A DNA stretch of 64,000 nucleotides from an uncultured Acidimicrobiales bacterium (lineage in GTDB: Bacteria; Actinomycetota; Acidimicrobiia; Acidimicrobiales; SZUA-35). The notes beneath the pieces are model-generated. The model ran no database searches. It was not told the DNA's origin and was given only the letters and a program-made list of their open reading frames with translations. Each line of letters opens with the position of its first letter. Position 1 is the first letter of the stretch. The DNA lies in NCBI GenBank assembly GCA_937976305.1, contig CALJSB010000013.1:8643-72642 (forward strand), in the 5' to 3' direction. Of the stretch, positions 9,582 through 21,094 are shown piece after piece. Position numbers and translations under genes: made by a program.

Positions 9582-10958
9582 CTATTCGGCCGCCTCTCCA
9601 AGAACCTCGGCGAGAGCCGGGTGAACAAACAGGGATTCGACTAGATCAGTGACGGTGAGCCCGGCCGTGACGGCAAGGGCGAGCACCGAGATCAACTCTG
9701 CCGCATGACGGCCCACGATCGAGCCGCCCAGCACAACGCCCGTTGCTGGGTCAGAGACGATCTTCACGAAACCGCGGGAGTCGTTGTTGATCAGCGCCTT
9801 GGCCGACACGGAGAACGGCACCTTGGTCACGCGAATCTTGCGACCCTCTGAGAAGGCATCGGCCTCGGCAAGACCGACGTCTGCGATCTCCGGGTCGGTG
9901 AAGATCGCGGATGCAGCCTTGTCGTAGTCGAGGTGGCGGTGAGGCCCGACGTGCATGCCCATGGCGTGTTGGGCGATCTTGCGGCCCTGCGTTGTGGCCA
10001 CTGACGACAGCGGCAGCTTGCCAGACAAGTCTCCGGCGGCGTAGATGTGCGGCACGTTCGAACGGTTGTTGTGATCGACGGTGACGTAGCCCCACTCATG
10101 TTCGATGCCAGCTTCATCGAGCCCGAGATTCTCGGAGTTCGGAATCGAGCCGATGGCCAGGAGGGCATGGCTGCCGACGGCCGTTCTGCCGTCGTCACAC
10201 CGCACCGTGACTTCTGCACCGTTGACGTCAATGGATTCGGCTCGAGCGCCCATGAACAGACGAACGCCTCGATCGAGGAAGCTCTGCTCGAGTGCCGCCG
10301 CGACTTCTGGATCCTTGCCCGGCAGCACCTGTTGGCGCGACACGATCAGGGTCACCTCGGAACCAAACGAGTTGAACATGTGCACGAACTCGACGCCGGT
10401 CACACCAGAACCAATCACGATCAGATGCTGTGGTAGTTCGGGCGGCGGGTAGGCGTGGCGGGTGGTGAGCACCCGCTCGCCGTCGATGGGCGCCCAGTCG
10501 GGTATACGAGGCCGGCTGCCGGTCGACAAGACGATGACGTCGGCTTCGAGCTCGATGGGTTCTTTCGACTCGTCGTTGGGCTGGGCGACGACGGTGTTTG
10601 GCCCGGTGAGGCGGCCGGTTCCCTCGATGAGCTCGACTCCCTGACTACCGAGCAGCGACGTCACGGATGCTTCGAGTTGGTCTTCGATGCTGACGATGCG
10701 ATCTCGGAGCGCGTCGAAGTCGAGCTGCACATCGACCTTCGCCAGCCCCATCTCTTCGGCGCCCTTCATCATCGACATGGCTCCGCCGGTGGCGATCATG
10801 GCCTTTGATGGGATGCAGTCGAGTAGGTGGGCGGCTCCCCCGATGAGATCCTTCTCGATCAGGGTGACCTCGGCACCGAGGCGGGCAGCGTGCGTCGCGC
10901 ACGAGGTTCCCCCAGGGCCTCCACCGATGATGACAAATCGCTTTTTGGCGCCAGGCAT
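9582..10958 (-). CDS. LpdA-type flavoprotein (pyridine nucleotide-disulfide oxidoreductase fold lacking the redox-active Cys pair); NAD(P)H-quinone-reductase-like
   Basis: FVIIGGGPGG FAD motif and IGSGVTGVEF NAD motif. The site that is GGTCLNVGCIPSK in true Lpd reads GGAAHLLDCIPSK here (single Cys), as in mycobacterial LpdA (Rv3303c type). I chose the ATG at 10958 (MPGAKKRFVIIGG); the longest ORF (to 11006) would overlap the next gene. Confidence 0.8.
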   Translation of the reverse strand: MPGAKKRFVIIGGGPGGTSCATHAARLGAEVTLIEKDLIGGAAHLLDCIPSKAMIATGGAMSMMKGAEEMGLAKVDVQLDFDALRDRIVSIEDQLEASVTSLLGSQGVELIEGTGRLTGPNTVVAQPNDESKEPIELEADVIVLSTGSRPRIPDWAPIDGERVLTTRHAYPPPELPQHLIVIGSGVTGVEFVHMFNSFGSEVTLIVSRQQVLPGKDPEVAAALEQSFLDRGVRLFMGARAESIDVNGAEVTVRCDDGRTAVGSHALLAIGSIPNSENLGLDEAGIEHEWGYVTVDHNNRSNVPHIYAAGDLSGKLPLSSVATTQGRKIAQHAMGMHVGPHRHLDYDKAASAIFTDPEIADVGLAEADAFSEGRKIRVTKVPFSVSAKALINNDSRGFVKIVSDPATGVVLGGSIVGRHAAELISVLALAVTAGLTVTDLVESLFVHPALAEVLGEAAE

Positions 10959-10968
10959 TGGCCCGAAT

Positions 10969-12075
10969 CTAGTCAGTGAGGCGCTCGTAGACCCGCACCA
11001 TCTCATGAACGGTGGTCGACCACGAATATTCGCTGGCTCGTTCTCGACCAGAAGCCACCAAGCGTTGCGCGAACGCGTTGTCGGTCAGGGCCCGGTCGAT
11101 CCCCGCTGCCAACTCAGCTGGATCGCCCGGGTCGACCAGAAGGGCGGCATCGCCGCACACTTCCGGAATCGAACCTCCGGCCGCAGCCACGACGGGCGTA
11201 CCAACCGACATCGCCTCGAGCGGAACCATGCCGAACCCCTCGTGCAGTGCCGAGGACGCCACCACTTCAGCCGAGCGCAGCAGTGCGGCTTTGTCGGCAT
11301 CTGACACGAAACCGGTACGGATCACCCGGTCGTCGAGCCCGACGGTGGTGACGAGCTCGGTGAGGGCCGGCGAGCCGATGTCGTCTCCACCAGCGATCAC
11401 CAACACCAGATCTCGATGATCGGAGGCAAGCTCGGCGAGGGCACGCACCAGATCGCCGAAGTTCTTTCTCGGCACGATCGAGCCGACAGCCAGCACAAAC
11501 GGTCGGCCACCGATCTGCTTGGCCAGGGGGGCTGAGAGCTGGGCCGACGAATCGGGCACATCGACGCCGAGCCCCACGGTGTGAATCCGGTCGGGAGCCA
11601 GGCCCAGTTCTGTTGCCGCGACACCGGCCACATAGTCGGACACGACGTGCACGTGGGCCCCTCGACCGATGGCTCGGGCCACCAGCAGGGGGAAGTCGAG
11701 CGCATCTGCCGAAACGAGCTCTGGTGTCGTCCAGGGGCCGAAGTCGTGAATCGTGACCACTTCGACTGCTCCCCCACCCGGCGGCACAACGAAGTTGGTT
11801 CCGTGCACAACATCGAGAGGGCCAGCCAGATGCGCTGCGGTCGGCACGTTGGCACGAAGCCATGCGGCACGCGCCAACCGGGCCGGAAGTATGCGTCCGA
11901 GCGGCATCCCTGACGGGAGAAGCTGCCCGAGCTGACCACGGCCCCGGGCCGTGAAGGCAAGCCCGGCCAACTCGACGCCGTCGACGTCGACCAGCCCATC
12001 GACAAGACGTCTGGTGAACACGCCGACCCCGGTGAGCGGGCCGACCAGCGGTGTCACATCAAGGCCAACTCGCAC
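10969..12075 (-). CDS. Glycosyltransferase family 4 (GT-B)
   Basis: 368 aa with the C-terminal GT4 signature [33 protein letters not shown] (EX7E). Confidence 0.85.
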   Translation of the reverse strand: MRVGLDVTPLVGPLTGVGVFTRRLVDGLVDVDGVELAGLAFTARGRGQLGQLLPSGMPLGRILPARLARAAWLRANVPTAAHLAGPLDVVHGTNFVVPPGGGAVEVVTIHDFGPWTTPELVSADALDFPLLVARAIGRGAHVHVVSDYVAGVAATELGLAPDRIHTVGLGVDVPDSSAQLSAPLAKQIGGRPFVLAVGSIVPRKNFGDLVRALAELASDHRDLVLVIAGGDDIGSPALTELVTTVGLDDRVIRTGFVSDADKAALLRSAEVVASSALHEGFGMVPLEAMSVGTPVVAAAGGSIPEVCGDAALLVDPGDPAELAAGIDRALTDNAFAQRLVASGRERASEYSWSTTVHEMVRVYERLTD

Positions 12076-12162
12076 AGCCGAACCCTAGTGCTTGGTGTTC
12101 GGCGGTTGAGGCGGCTGTCGAGTGGCTTCTTTCGACGAGCGGCACAGAGCTACTCTCTCCGG

Positions 12163-14298
<2,136 letters not shown>

Positions 14299-14333
14299 CG
14301 ATTCGATTTCATCGATGCGCGAAGCTGCCAGCC

Positions 14334-15677
14334 TCAAAACACGGAGAGCCCGAACCCCACGAGACTGCCAGCGGACAGAACGGCAGGCACGGCCCTCGAC
14401 CAGCGTCGCTGATCAGCCACCGCCACGATCAACACAGTGACAAACGGGACGAGCGCCAGGCCGTAGCGGCTGTTGACTTCCGGGAAGTAGATGTTGCGAC
14501 TTCCGAGGGCCAGACCTGCCTGAACAATCATGCCGCTCGCGACGCATCCCACAACCGTTGCGGTTCCCCATATTCGCGAAACGCCATCAGAGTGGGCGAT
14601 GGCCAACAGCGCTGAGGCGACAACGACAAGCCCCAGAACGATTGCCCACGGTTCCTGCCACGACGACTGCAACACGTCGGGAATCGGAAACCAGCTGAGA
14701 CGGGTGGGTGGAAAGAGGTCGTCAGCGCCCTGCACAATCTCACGAATCGGTCCGCCCTCCACCGCCACCCCATTTCCGTTGCCAATCGGATTCACGAAGT
14801 CGCTCGGCCTTCGGCTCGCTGCGAAGGCCATCCACGCTGCATGGACGAGCGCGCCGGTAGCAAGAACAGCCACCGATTCCAGCAACGAGCGTCGCTTCGC
14901 TCCACGCATCAATCCTGACCCGGCAAGCATTAAGCCAAGAATTCCGACGCCGAAGAGTGCAGTTGTCTTGGTCAGTCCGGCGACGACGGCCACAAGCATC
15001 GCTAACCCAAAGAGTCGCGTCGACTGCTCTTCGTGCACGAGGCATCGAGCTGCCACCGCCGCAGCGACTCCCCCGACGGCGTAGACACCTCCGTCGCTAT
15101 TGACGGTTGAGGTCGCGTGGAGCACCGTCGGCATGCCAAGGACGATCACCGGTGACAACAGACCGCTGATCCCACGCACGCCAAGACTCCGCGACGCAAC
15201 AACAGAACCCAACGACCCGATCGAGAGGAACAAGACACCGCTCAGACGAGCCAGTGACACAAACGACAAGCCGGTGATGGCTCGTGCGGGTCCGGCGACA
15301 AGTGCGGAGATTGCGTAATACAGGGGCGGGGATGAGTTGCGCTGAATCCCTTGACCGGCGAACTCCCCCGGAACGAACTCGTCGGACTCGCAGTCAGGCA
15401 GCTGGGAATCAACGAAGTGATGACCACGGCACGCCCATTCGCGCAGCGTCACTTGGTCGTATGGCTCCCCAAGAGTTGGATACTCGAGGTTCGTGAGCGA
15501 CAACGTGTAGTCAATGTGAGTCGGTTCATCGAAGGCCGACAGGCGGGGGTACTGAGCCATGTGGAGCCCCACCGCAATGACGCTCAAAATGACGACGCAC
15601 ACAACGTCGACCGAGGTGACCAATCCGCTCATCGATCCGACGTTGTTCGTGGGTCGGACGTGGGTCGGGCGGGTCAT
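14334..15677 (-). CDS. Polytopic GT-C-type membrane glycosyltransferase (DUF2142/PMT-like)
   Basis: Multi-TM protein. The first-loop motif FDEPTHIDY and a later SPPLYYA match the DExxH...P(P/T)LYY pattern, which is shared with 18688-20289. I chose the ATG at 15677; the upstream extension is Arg/Gly/Cys-rich and non-membrane. Confidence 0.6.
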   Translation of the reverse strand: MTRPTHVRPTNNVGSMSGLVTSVDVVCVVILSVIAVGLHMAQYPRLSAFDEPTHIDYTLSLTNLEYPTLGEPYDQVTLREWACRGHHFVDSQLPDCESDEFVPGEFAGQGIQRNSSPPLYYAISALVAGPARAITGLSFVSLARLSGVLFLSIGSLGSVVASRSLGVRGISGLLSPVIVLGMPTVLHATSTVNSDGGVYAVGGVAAAVAARCLVHEEQSTRLFGLAMLVAVVAGLTKTTALFGVGILGLMLAGSGLMRGAKRRSLLESVAVLATGALVHAAWMAFAASRRPSDFVNPIGNGNGVAVEGGPIREIVQGADDLFPPTRLSWFPIPDVLQSSWQEPWAIVLGLVVVASALLAIAHSDGVSRIWGTATVVGCVASGMIVQAGLALGSRNIYFPEVNSRYGLALVPFVTVLIVAVADQRRWSRAVPAVLSAGSLVGFGLSVF

Positions 15678-15748
15678 GGTGTCGTCGATTGTGCCATGCC
15701 GTAGCACTAGCCTTGAGCCAAGTGAATCGAAGAACGCTCGCCCTCCCC

Positions 15749-16564
15749 ATGATCCGAGCCTCGAGCCGATCGATGAGCGGTGGAGTCGGCCGCACAAGCC
15801 GTCGCCATGCGTTCGTCCTGTCGACCGGACGAACGGGCACACAGTTCCTCGCCACCCACTTCGCGCAAAAGCCCAACACCGTGGCCGTTCACGAACCTCG
15901 CCCATCTTGGCGATTGCGCCTGCTCTCGGGAGCCCGGCTCGAAGGCATGGCCACCGACGAAGAGTTGGCTGGCCATCTACGGGCCTTGCGACAATCGGTG
16001 CTGAACGATGCGTCGTCAGACATCTACGTCGAGTCCAACCCGTTCCTCTACGGATTTGCCGCCGCCATCCCCGAGGTCTTCGGCAACGCGGTCGTGGTCC
16101 ACATCGTGCGCGACCCCCGCCATTACGTGCGCTCGGCCATCGACCATGGCAACGCCCACGGAATCAAACACGCCTTCAACCACCATGTTCCGTTCTGGAC
16201 CGCTCGGGCCGATCGCAGCGACGAGACAGCGAATGTCACGCCCCTTGAGCGGCTGGCCATCTACTGGCGAGACATCAACACGCTCATCTCTTCGACTGCC
16301 GACCCGCAGCACTACCTCGTGGTCCGTTTCGAAGATCTGTTCGGGTCACTTGGACCGATCAATGAGATCGAGCAGGCCCTTGGGGCGAAGCTGACCACCG
16401 AAATGGCGGCGCTCGGCACCCGCATGAACCAGTCACCAACGAGAAAGCAAGATTGGGAGGATTGGGAACTTGAGGAGGTCCGCACCCTCGATCGGATCTG
16501 CGGCCCGATGATGTCCGACTTCGGCTACGGAACCGAAGCGGCTTGGACTGACATGGTCAGCTAG
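15749..16564 (+). CDS. Sulfotransferase family protein
   Basis: 5'-PSB-like loop VLSTGRTGTQFL, 3'-PB-like HIVRDPRHYVRS, and a later VVRFEDLF. The start is uncertain (ORF opens at 15689; ATGs at 15749 and 15773). Confidence 0.65.
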   Translation: MIRASSRSMSGGVGRTSRRHAFVLSTGRTGTQFLATHFAQKPNTVAVHEPRPSWRLRLLSGARLEGMATDEELAGHLRALRQSVLNDASSDIYVESNPFLYGFAAAIPEVFGNAVVVHIVRDPRHYVRSAIDHGNAHGIKHAFNHHVPFWTARADRSDETANVTPLERLAIYWRDINTLISSTADPQHYLVVRFEDLFGSLGPINEIEQALGAKLTTEMAALGTRMNQSPTRKQDWEDWELEEVRTLDRICGPMMSDFGYGTEAAWTDMVS

Positions 16565-17559
16565 GAATCGACCGCAACCGGAAGCTCTCGATCAGCCGCG
16601 AGCCTCCAGAGACTCAGAACCGCAGCCAGCAGGCCAACCGTTACCAGCGTCACGGCCCGCTCGGCCAGGCTCGCGGCGAGAACGTTGCTCTCAGAGACTC
16701 CGACTGAGACGGAAAAGACCGTCAAAACCGCCTCCCGGATACCAAGCGCCCCTGGAGTCAAGGCCACGAAGATCGTCAGGTTGGTCACGGCGGCGATGAT
16801 CACAACGGCTTCGATGCTTGCGTCGACCCCCAACTCCGCGAACAAGAAGGCGAACATGCCGAGCCGAGCGAAGAAGTTGACGATCACCACGGCAATCATG
16901 CGACGAAGCAGTCCGAGATCACCGGCGATGGTCTTCCACCCTTCGATGACGTTGCGGATTCTGGTCGCGGATGCCGCCACGAACCGTCCGCCAACTCGCT
17001 CGACCAAGAACACCAGCAGCTCATCGAGCCGCAACCGAGGTGAGATGAGCGAGATGGCAAGGCTGGCCATGGCGACGAGCGTGATGAACACAATCGCCAC
17101 CGACGTGTTCCACTCCACCGACGGGGCGAGCAGTAGGGTGGCTGCGATCGTGGCGTTCACCAAGATCAAGATGATGTAGTTGCCGTACAAGGTCACGACG
17201 AACTTCTCGTACGACAGACCGTGGTAGCGCTTGAGATAGACCGCTCGCACGCCCGCCCCACCCCGAAACGGCAGGAAGTAGTTGGCGAGTGTCGACACCG
17301 CGGTGGTGTGCAGGCTCGTTGGCATGTCGATGCGATTGGCGAGGTTGTCGACGACGACCTTCAAGAAGTAGGCCAGCGACAGCATCTGGAGCACGGCGAA
17401 CACAGAGCCGATCAAGAAGGTGCGCCCGCTCAGAGTTGCCAGCTGATTTCTGAGCTCGTCGTCGCGAACGACGGCTCGTATCAGCAAACCGAGAACGATG
17501 ACAACGATGGCAACACGGATCACCCGGCGCGATGCGGGCACCTCGGCGGGAGAGGTCAA
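16561..17559 (-). CDS. Flippase-like polytopic membrane protein (UPF0104 / LPG_synthase_TM-like)
   Basis: 332 aa with about 8 TM segments. It sits immediately downstream of a polyprenyl-P GT2 and overlaps it (TTGA), which is a common pairing. The TTG start is uncertain; an alternative GTG lies at 17541. Confidence 0.5.
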   Translation of the reverse strand: MTSPAEVPASRRVIRVAIVVIVLGLLIRAVVRDDELRNQLATLSGRTFLIGSVFAVLQMLSLAYFLKVVVDNLANRIDMPTSLHTTAVSTLANYFLPFRGGAGVRAVYLKRYHGLSYEKFVVTLYGNYIILILVNATIAATLLLAPSVEWNTSVAIVFITLVAMASLAISLISPRLRLDELLVFLVERVGGRFVAASATRIRNVIEGWKTIAGDLGLLRRMIAVVIVNFFARLGMFAFLFAELGVDASIEAVVIIAAVTNLTIFVALTPGALGIREAVLTVFSVSVGVSESNVLAASLAERAVTLVTVGLLAAVLSLWRLAADRELPVAVDS

Positions 17560-18686
17560 GTCGATGTGGCGTCGCCAGGGGCAAGCACCAGACCGCTCGC
17601 TTCCTGGGGATCCAACTCGATGTCAGGTTCCGGCGAAGCATCGACAGGCTCGCTCGATCCCAAGGACGTTCCGGAGCGAGACTCCACAGCTCGCGCATCT
17701 GAAAGACCCTGCTCTGCGGTCGACCCGTAGCGGGCCGCCTTCAGTTCGCGGATGATCTTCTCCTGGTTACGCGTGCTGCGTCCCAACATGTCGGCCAACA
17801 GGCCGACAACGAAGATGATCAGACCGAGCGAGAACAAATAGGCGCCCAGAATTCCCAGCGAGGTCCACGGCGATGTCTTGCCGGTCCGCAGCCAATTGAC
17901 AAAGACAAACCCAGAGGCGCCAGCGCCGGTGACGAGCGGAATGATCCCGAGGCCGAAGAAGAAGCGCAGAGGAGCGAAGTCACGAAACGCTCTGAGAATG
18001 CTCACGCCCGAGTTGACGAGAAAGTGCCAAAAGTTGGTGACAACCCGAGACTTCCGACCGGGGAAGTACGTGACATGCACAGGGATCGATTGGATCGCGA
18101 CCTTGTTGTACGCCAGGAGCTGAAAAGACTCCTGGGTGTAGGTGTACTTGTTGTTGATGTTCAGCGCGAGCAGGGCGTGCCGGTTGTAGGCCCGGAACCC
18201 ACAGGTCACGTCCGCAAACCGTTCACCGCTGAGACTGCCGACGATGCGAGCACCCAGCCGATTGGCGTAGAACTTGCCCTTCGGCATGTTGTCAGGCCGA
18301 CGACGCTCGCCCGTGTCCGGATCGGTAAACCGATCGGCAGCGACGAAATCAGCTTCGCCGGCGATGACCGGCGCGACGAACTTGGGGATCTCTCGAGGGT
18401 CGAACTGGAGATCACCGTCGATGTTGAGGGCGATATCGGCACCCCGGGCCAGCACTATCTCGACCGCTTGTTGGAAGCGGTAGGCAAGACGCTGCTGCTT
18501 GCGGCCTTCGATCACATGAGCGCCATGGGCTCGAGCAATGGCGGCGGTGTCGTCGGTGCTGCCATCAGAAATGACGAGCTTCTCGATCTCGTCGACGCCA
18601 TCGATCTCCGTCGGAATGAGATCAAGAACCTCACCGATCGTCGCCGCTTCGTCTTTGCAGATCGAGAACACGATCAGTTTGACCAC
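17556..18686 (-). CDS. GT2 polyprenyl-phosphate glycosyltransferase (DPM1/GtrB/CsbB-like) with C-terminal TM helices
   Basis: LIVFSICKDEAATIGEVL ... VISDGSTDDT ... DGDLQFDP (DxD region), plus two C-terminal TM helices. I chose the GTG at 18686, 1 nt after the upstream stop; the longest ORF extends to 18770. Confidence 0.8.
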   Translation of the reverse strand: MVKLIVFSICKDEAATIGEVLDLIPTEIDGVDEIEKLVISDGSTDDTAAIARAHGAHVIEGRKQQRLAYRFQQAVEIVLARGADIALNIDGDLQFDPREIPKFVAPVIAGEADFVAADRFTDPDTGERRRPDNMPKGKFYANRLGARIVGSLSGERFADVTCGFRAYNRHALLALNINNKYTYTQESFQLLAYNKVAIQSIPVHVTYFPGRKSRVVTNFWHFLVNSGVSILRAFRDFAPLRFFFGLGIIPLVTGAGASGFVFVNWLRTGKTSPWTSLGILGAYLFSLGLIIFVVGLLADMLGRSTRNQEKIIRELKAARYGSTAEQGLSDARAVESRSGTSLGSSEPVDASPEPDIELDPQEASGLVLAPGDATST

Positions 18687-18687
18687 G

Positions 18688-20289
18688 TCAGCCTCCGAGG
18701 CGGTTGCTTCGTCGTTGGTCGGCGACGGCAACCATTGCAGGTGCGCCGACAATACACATTGCGGCGGCAATCAAGAACGCATAGCTGATGCCTGCGCCGA
18801 ACGGAGCCCACGCACCAAGCGTTCGCAGCTCGGCCCCGATCGTCGCACCTTCCCAGTAATTGTCCATGATCGCTCGAATCGCTGCGCCATGCACAATGAC
18901 CGCCGCAGTGCCGAACAGAACGGCGGGGAACCATCTTGTCCGATCGCTTGCCGAGCCAACACGTTCTGCGCCCAACCCGATCACAGCGGCAAAGCCACCG
19001 AGCCCGAGAAAGATGTAGCGCCCCTGAATCCCTGCTGTCACACCGGTGGAGGCATAGAGCAAATAGGTCCGCACGAACAGACCGACCGCCGTAACGAGCA
19101 GCGGGGTGAGCGCAATGAACAACACACCGGGCTTGGAGCGAAGTTTGGACAATCCAACGAGCAGACCAATCGCAAGCACCGCTGTTGCGAACCAACGGGC
19201 GTCCGACGACATCCGCACGTCGAAGTACCCGAACCAGCCAAAGAATCGTTCGGCCATCCAACGAAACCACAGCTCGACGTACCACCCCGTTCGGGGCTCA
19301 AACGCTGGGTCATCGGGGAATGGAAGCGGACCGACTGGGGTGAGGAGCTGACCGAATCTGACGATCCGAACAATCCAGAACCAGCCCCCTCCGATCAACG
19401 CGGCCCCTGCCATTGCTCCGGCCGGCTTGATCCCCGGCCACCCGAAGCGTTTGACCTGCAAGAGCGGGCCGGCGATGCCGAAGATCGTCAGGGCAGGAAG
19501 GGCCGTTCCCTTCGACAAAGACGCGACACCAATGACCAGTCCCGTGATGACGGCCGATCGCATCGTCAAACGACGAGTTGCCAACCGCACCGTCATGAGC
19601 GTGGCCAGACTCATCAGTACCAGTGCAGAATCGTCGTTGTTGATCGCCCCTCCGATGTGAGCCAGCTGGGGAATCAAGAACAGAACGAGTATCGAAAGAC
19701 GTTCGGCACTCGGCCCTCCACCCATTTCCCGAGCAATCAGAGCGAAGAGCAGTGGGACAGGCGCCTGAAGAAGTGCCGCAAAAACACGGAGTGCCGCGAT
19801 GCGCCGATCGTGAGCGGTGATCGGGTCGCCGGGGAGCACCCAGTCGACGAATCGCACCGTGTTGCCGATCACGTAGTAGTAGAGCGTTGGCTGCTGTGTT
19901 CCGCGGTTGAGCGTCGTACTGGGTTCGCCACGTCCGATGTCGACAAGGCTCGGCCGCTCTGGCCGAGGAACCGCATCGGCTTCGAGACGTGGATCGTTGT
20001 TGGCCAATGACAACGCCGAGCTTCGGTAGGCGCCTGACGAGATGAACCGACCCTCGTTCAGAACATTCAACGGCCCAGCCTCTTCGTGGTGCAGGATCAG
20101 GTCGATGTGGACGATCTCATCAGGGGACTCGAAAAGCGGGAAAAGGGTGCCGTACCCCAACAGCATCGCGATCCACGCGGCGGTGAGAAGCCAGAGGTCC
20201 CACCGTCGATTTGGGGCTTGGTCGCCACCATCGGCGAGTTTCGCGAGTCCGGCTGCGTGAGGCGTTGGCTGGGTCCCCATGGGGCTCAT
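18688..20289 (-). CDS. Polytopic GT-C-type membrane glycosyltransferase (DUF2142/PMT-like), paralog of 14334-15677
   Basis: More than 10 TM segments. First-loop motif FESPDEIVHIDLILHH, then QQPTLYYYV. The start is uncertain (ATGs at 20289 and 20280; the ORF opens at 20484). Confidence 0.6.
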   Translation of the reverse strand: MSPMGTQPTPHAAGLAKLADGGDQAPNRRWDLWLLTAAWIAMLLGYGTLFPLFESPDEIVHIDLILHHEEAGPLNVLNEGRFISSGAYRSSALSLANNDPRLEADAVPRPERPSLVDIGRGEPSTTLNRGTQQPTLYYYVIGNTVRFVDWVLPGDPITAHDRRIAALRVFAALLQAPVPLLFALIAREMGGGPSAERLSILVLFLIPQLAHIGGAINNDDSALVLMSLATLMTVRLATRRLTMRSAVITGLVIGVASLSKGTALPALTIFGIAGPLLQVKRFGWPGIKPAGAMAGAALIGGGWFWIVRIVRFGQLLTPVGPLPFPDDPAFEPRTGWYVELWFRWMAERFFGWFGYFDVRMSSDARWFATAVLAIGLLVGLSKLRSKPGVLFIALTPLLVTAVGLFVRTYLLYASTGVTAGIQGRYIFLGLGGFAAVIGLGAERVGSASDRTRWFPAVLFGTAAVIVHGAAIRAIMDNYWEGATIGAELRTLGAWAPFGAGISYAFLIAAAMCIVGAPAMVAVADQRRSNRLGG

Positions 20290-20389
20290 CGATTGCTCTG
20301 CATCCTCGCCGACAACACCGAGCGCAAGGCTAGCTCCATTCGGCGGGGTAAGCCTCGATCCATGGGTTACGCAAGCTACGCTCGCGCCG

Positions 20390-21094
20390 GTGATCCGCTC
20401 TGCGTACATCAACGGCGTGCAGGCCATCCGACGGCCCCTTGACTCAGTCGGCTTCCTGGCATTTCTCGACCGTCGCGCCGACAACCGATGGGTGCATTGG
20501 TTTCGGTCCTTGTTCGCGATTTACAACGTCGAAGATCTCGTGGGGCTATCAACACCCTGGTGGACCTACAAAGCAACCGATGAAGTAGAGCGGTGGATCG
20601 GCGACCGCTCCACGCCCCTGCGGGCCTTCGAGTGGGGCGCAGGGGCATCGACGATGTGGTTGTCATCGCGCGTCGCCGAACTCCATTCGGTCGAGCATCA
20701 CCCGGATTTCGCAGACACGGTTCGGTCTATGGCTCCCGACCACGTGACGCTGCACGTTGTGGAGCCCAAGACCACAGGGGCCAACCCGGTGGCGCCGTCG
20801 ACCAAACCGGGCCACGAGCATCTCGATTTCGAGGAATACGTGGCAACGATCGGCGATGTCGGCGGTTCGTTCGATCTGATCGTGATCGACGGCCGAGCTC
20901 GCTCGACCTGTCTCGCAGCAGCACTCCCCCATCTCGCCGACGACGGAATGATTGTGTTCGACAACACCAATCGCGATGAATACCGCCAAGCCATGTCGTC
21001 ACACGGCGTCGAGCCGAATGACTTCCGCGGCCTCACCCCCGCTGCCCCGTTTCCCACGACCACCTCGTTGATTCACGGAGGCGCCAACTCGTGA
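20390..21094 (+). CDS. Class I SAM-dependent methyltransferase-like protein (putative glycan O-methyltransferase)
   Basis: FEWGAGASTMWLS (a GxGxG-like SAM loop) ... LIVIDGRARSTCL ... DGMIVFDNTNRDEY. The start is ambiguous: the ORF opens at 20279 and candidate GTGs lie at 20390, 20417 and 20492. The stop overlaps the next gene (GTGA). Confidence 0.55.
   Translation: MIRSAYINGVQAIRRPLDSVGFLAFLDRRADNRWVHWFRSLFAIYNVEDLVGLSTPWWTYKATDEVERWIGDRSTPLRAFEWGAGASTMWLSSRVAELHSVEHHPDFADTVRSMAPDHVTLHVVEPKTTGANPVAPSTKPGHEHLDFEEYVATIGDVGGSFDLIVIDGRARSTCLAAALPHLADDGMIVFDNTNRDEYRQAMSSHGVEPNDFRGLTPAAPFPTTTSLIHGGANS

Noticed and set aside
12076-12162. Possible cobalamin riboswitch upstream of the B12-dependent mutase
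   Set aside because: Only 87 bp are available, there is no B12-box-like sequence, and a -10-like hexamer sits 6 nt from the ATG (leaderless). There is a 7-bp inverted repeat (GCCGAAC at 12077-12083, GTTCGGC at 12097-12103), but it is too small to call.
20278-20281. CCCCATGGGG palindrome providing an ATG on both strands (20279 plus, 20280 minus), which suggests head-to-head overlapping starts
   Set aside because: Better-supported starts exist for both genes (minus ATG at 20289; plus GTGs at 20390, 20417 and 20492, nearer the conserved methyltransferase core). The symmetric ATGs are probably coincidental.
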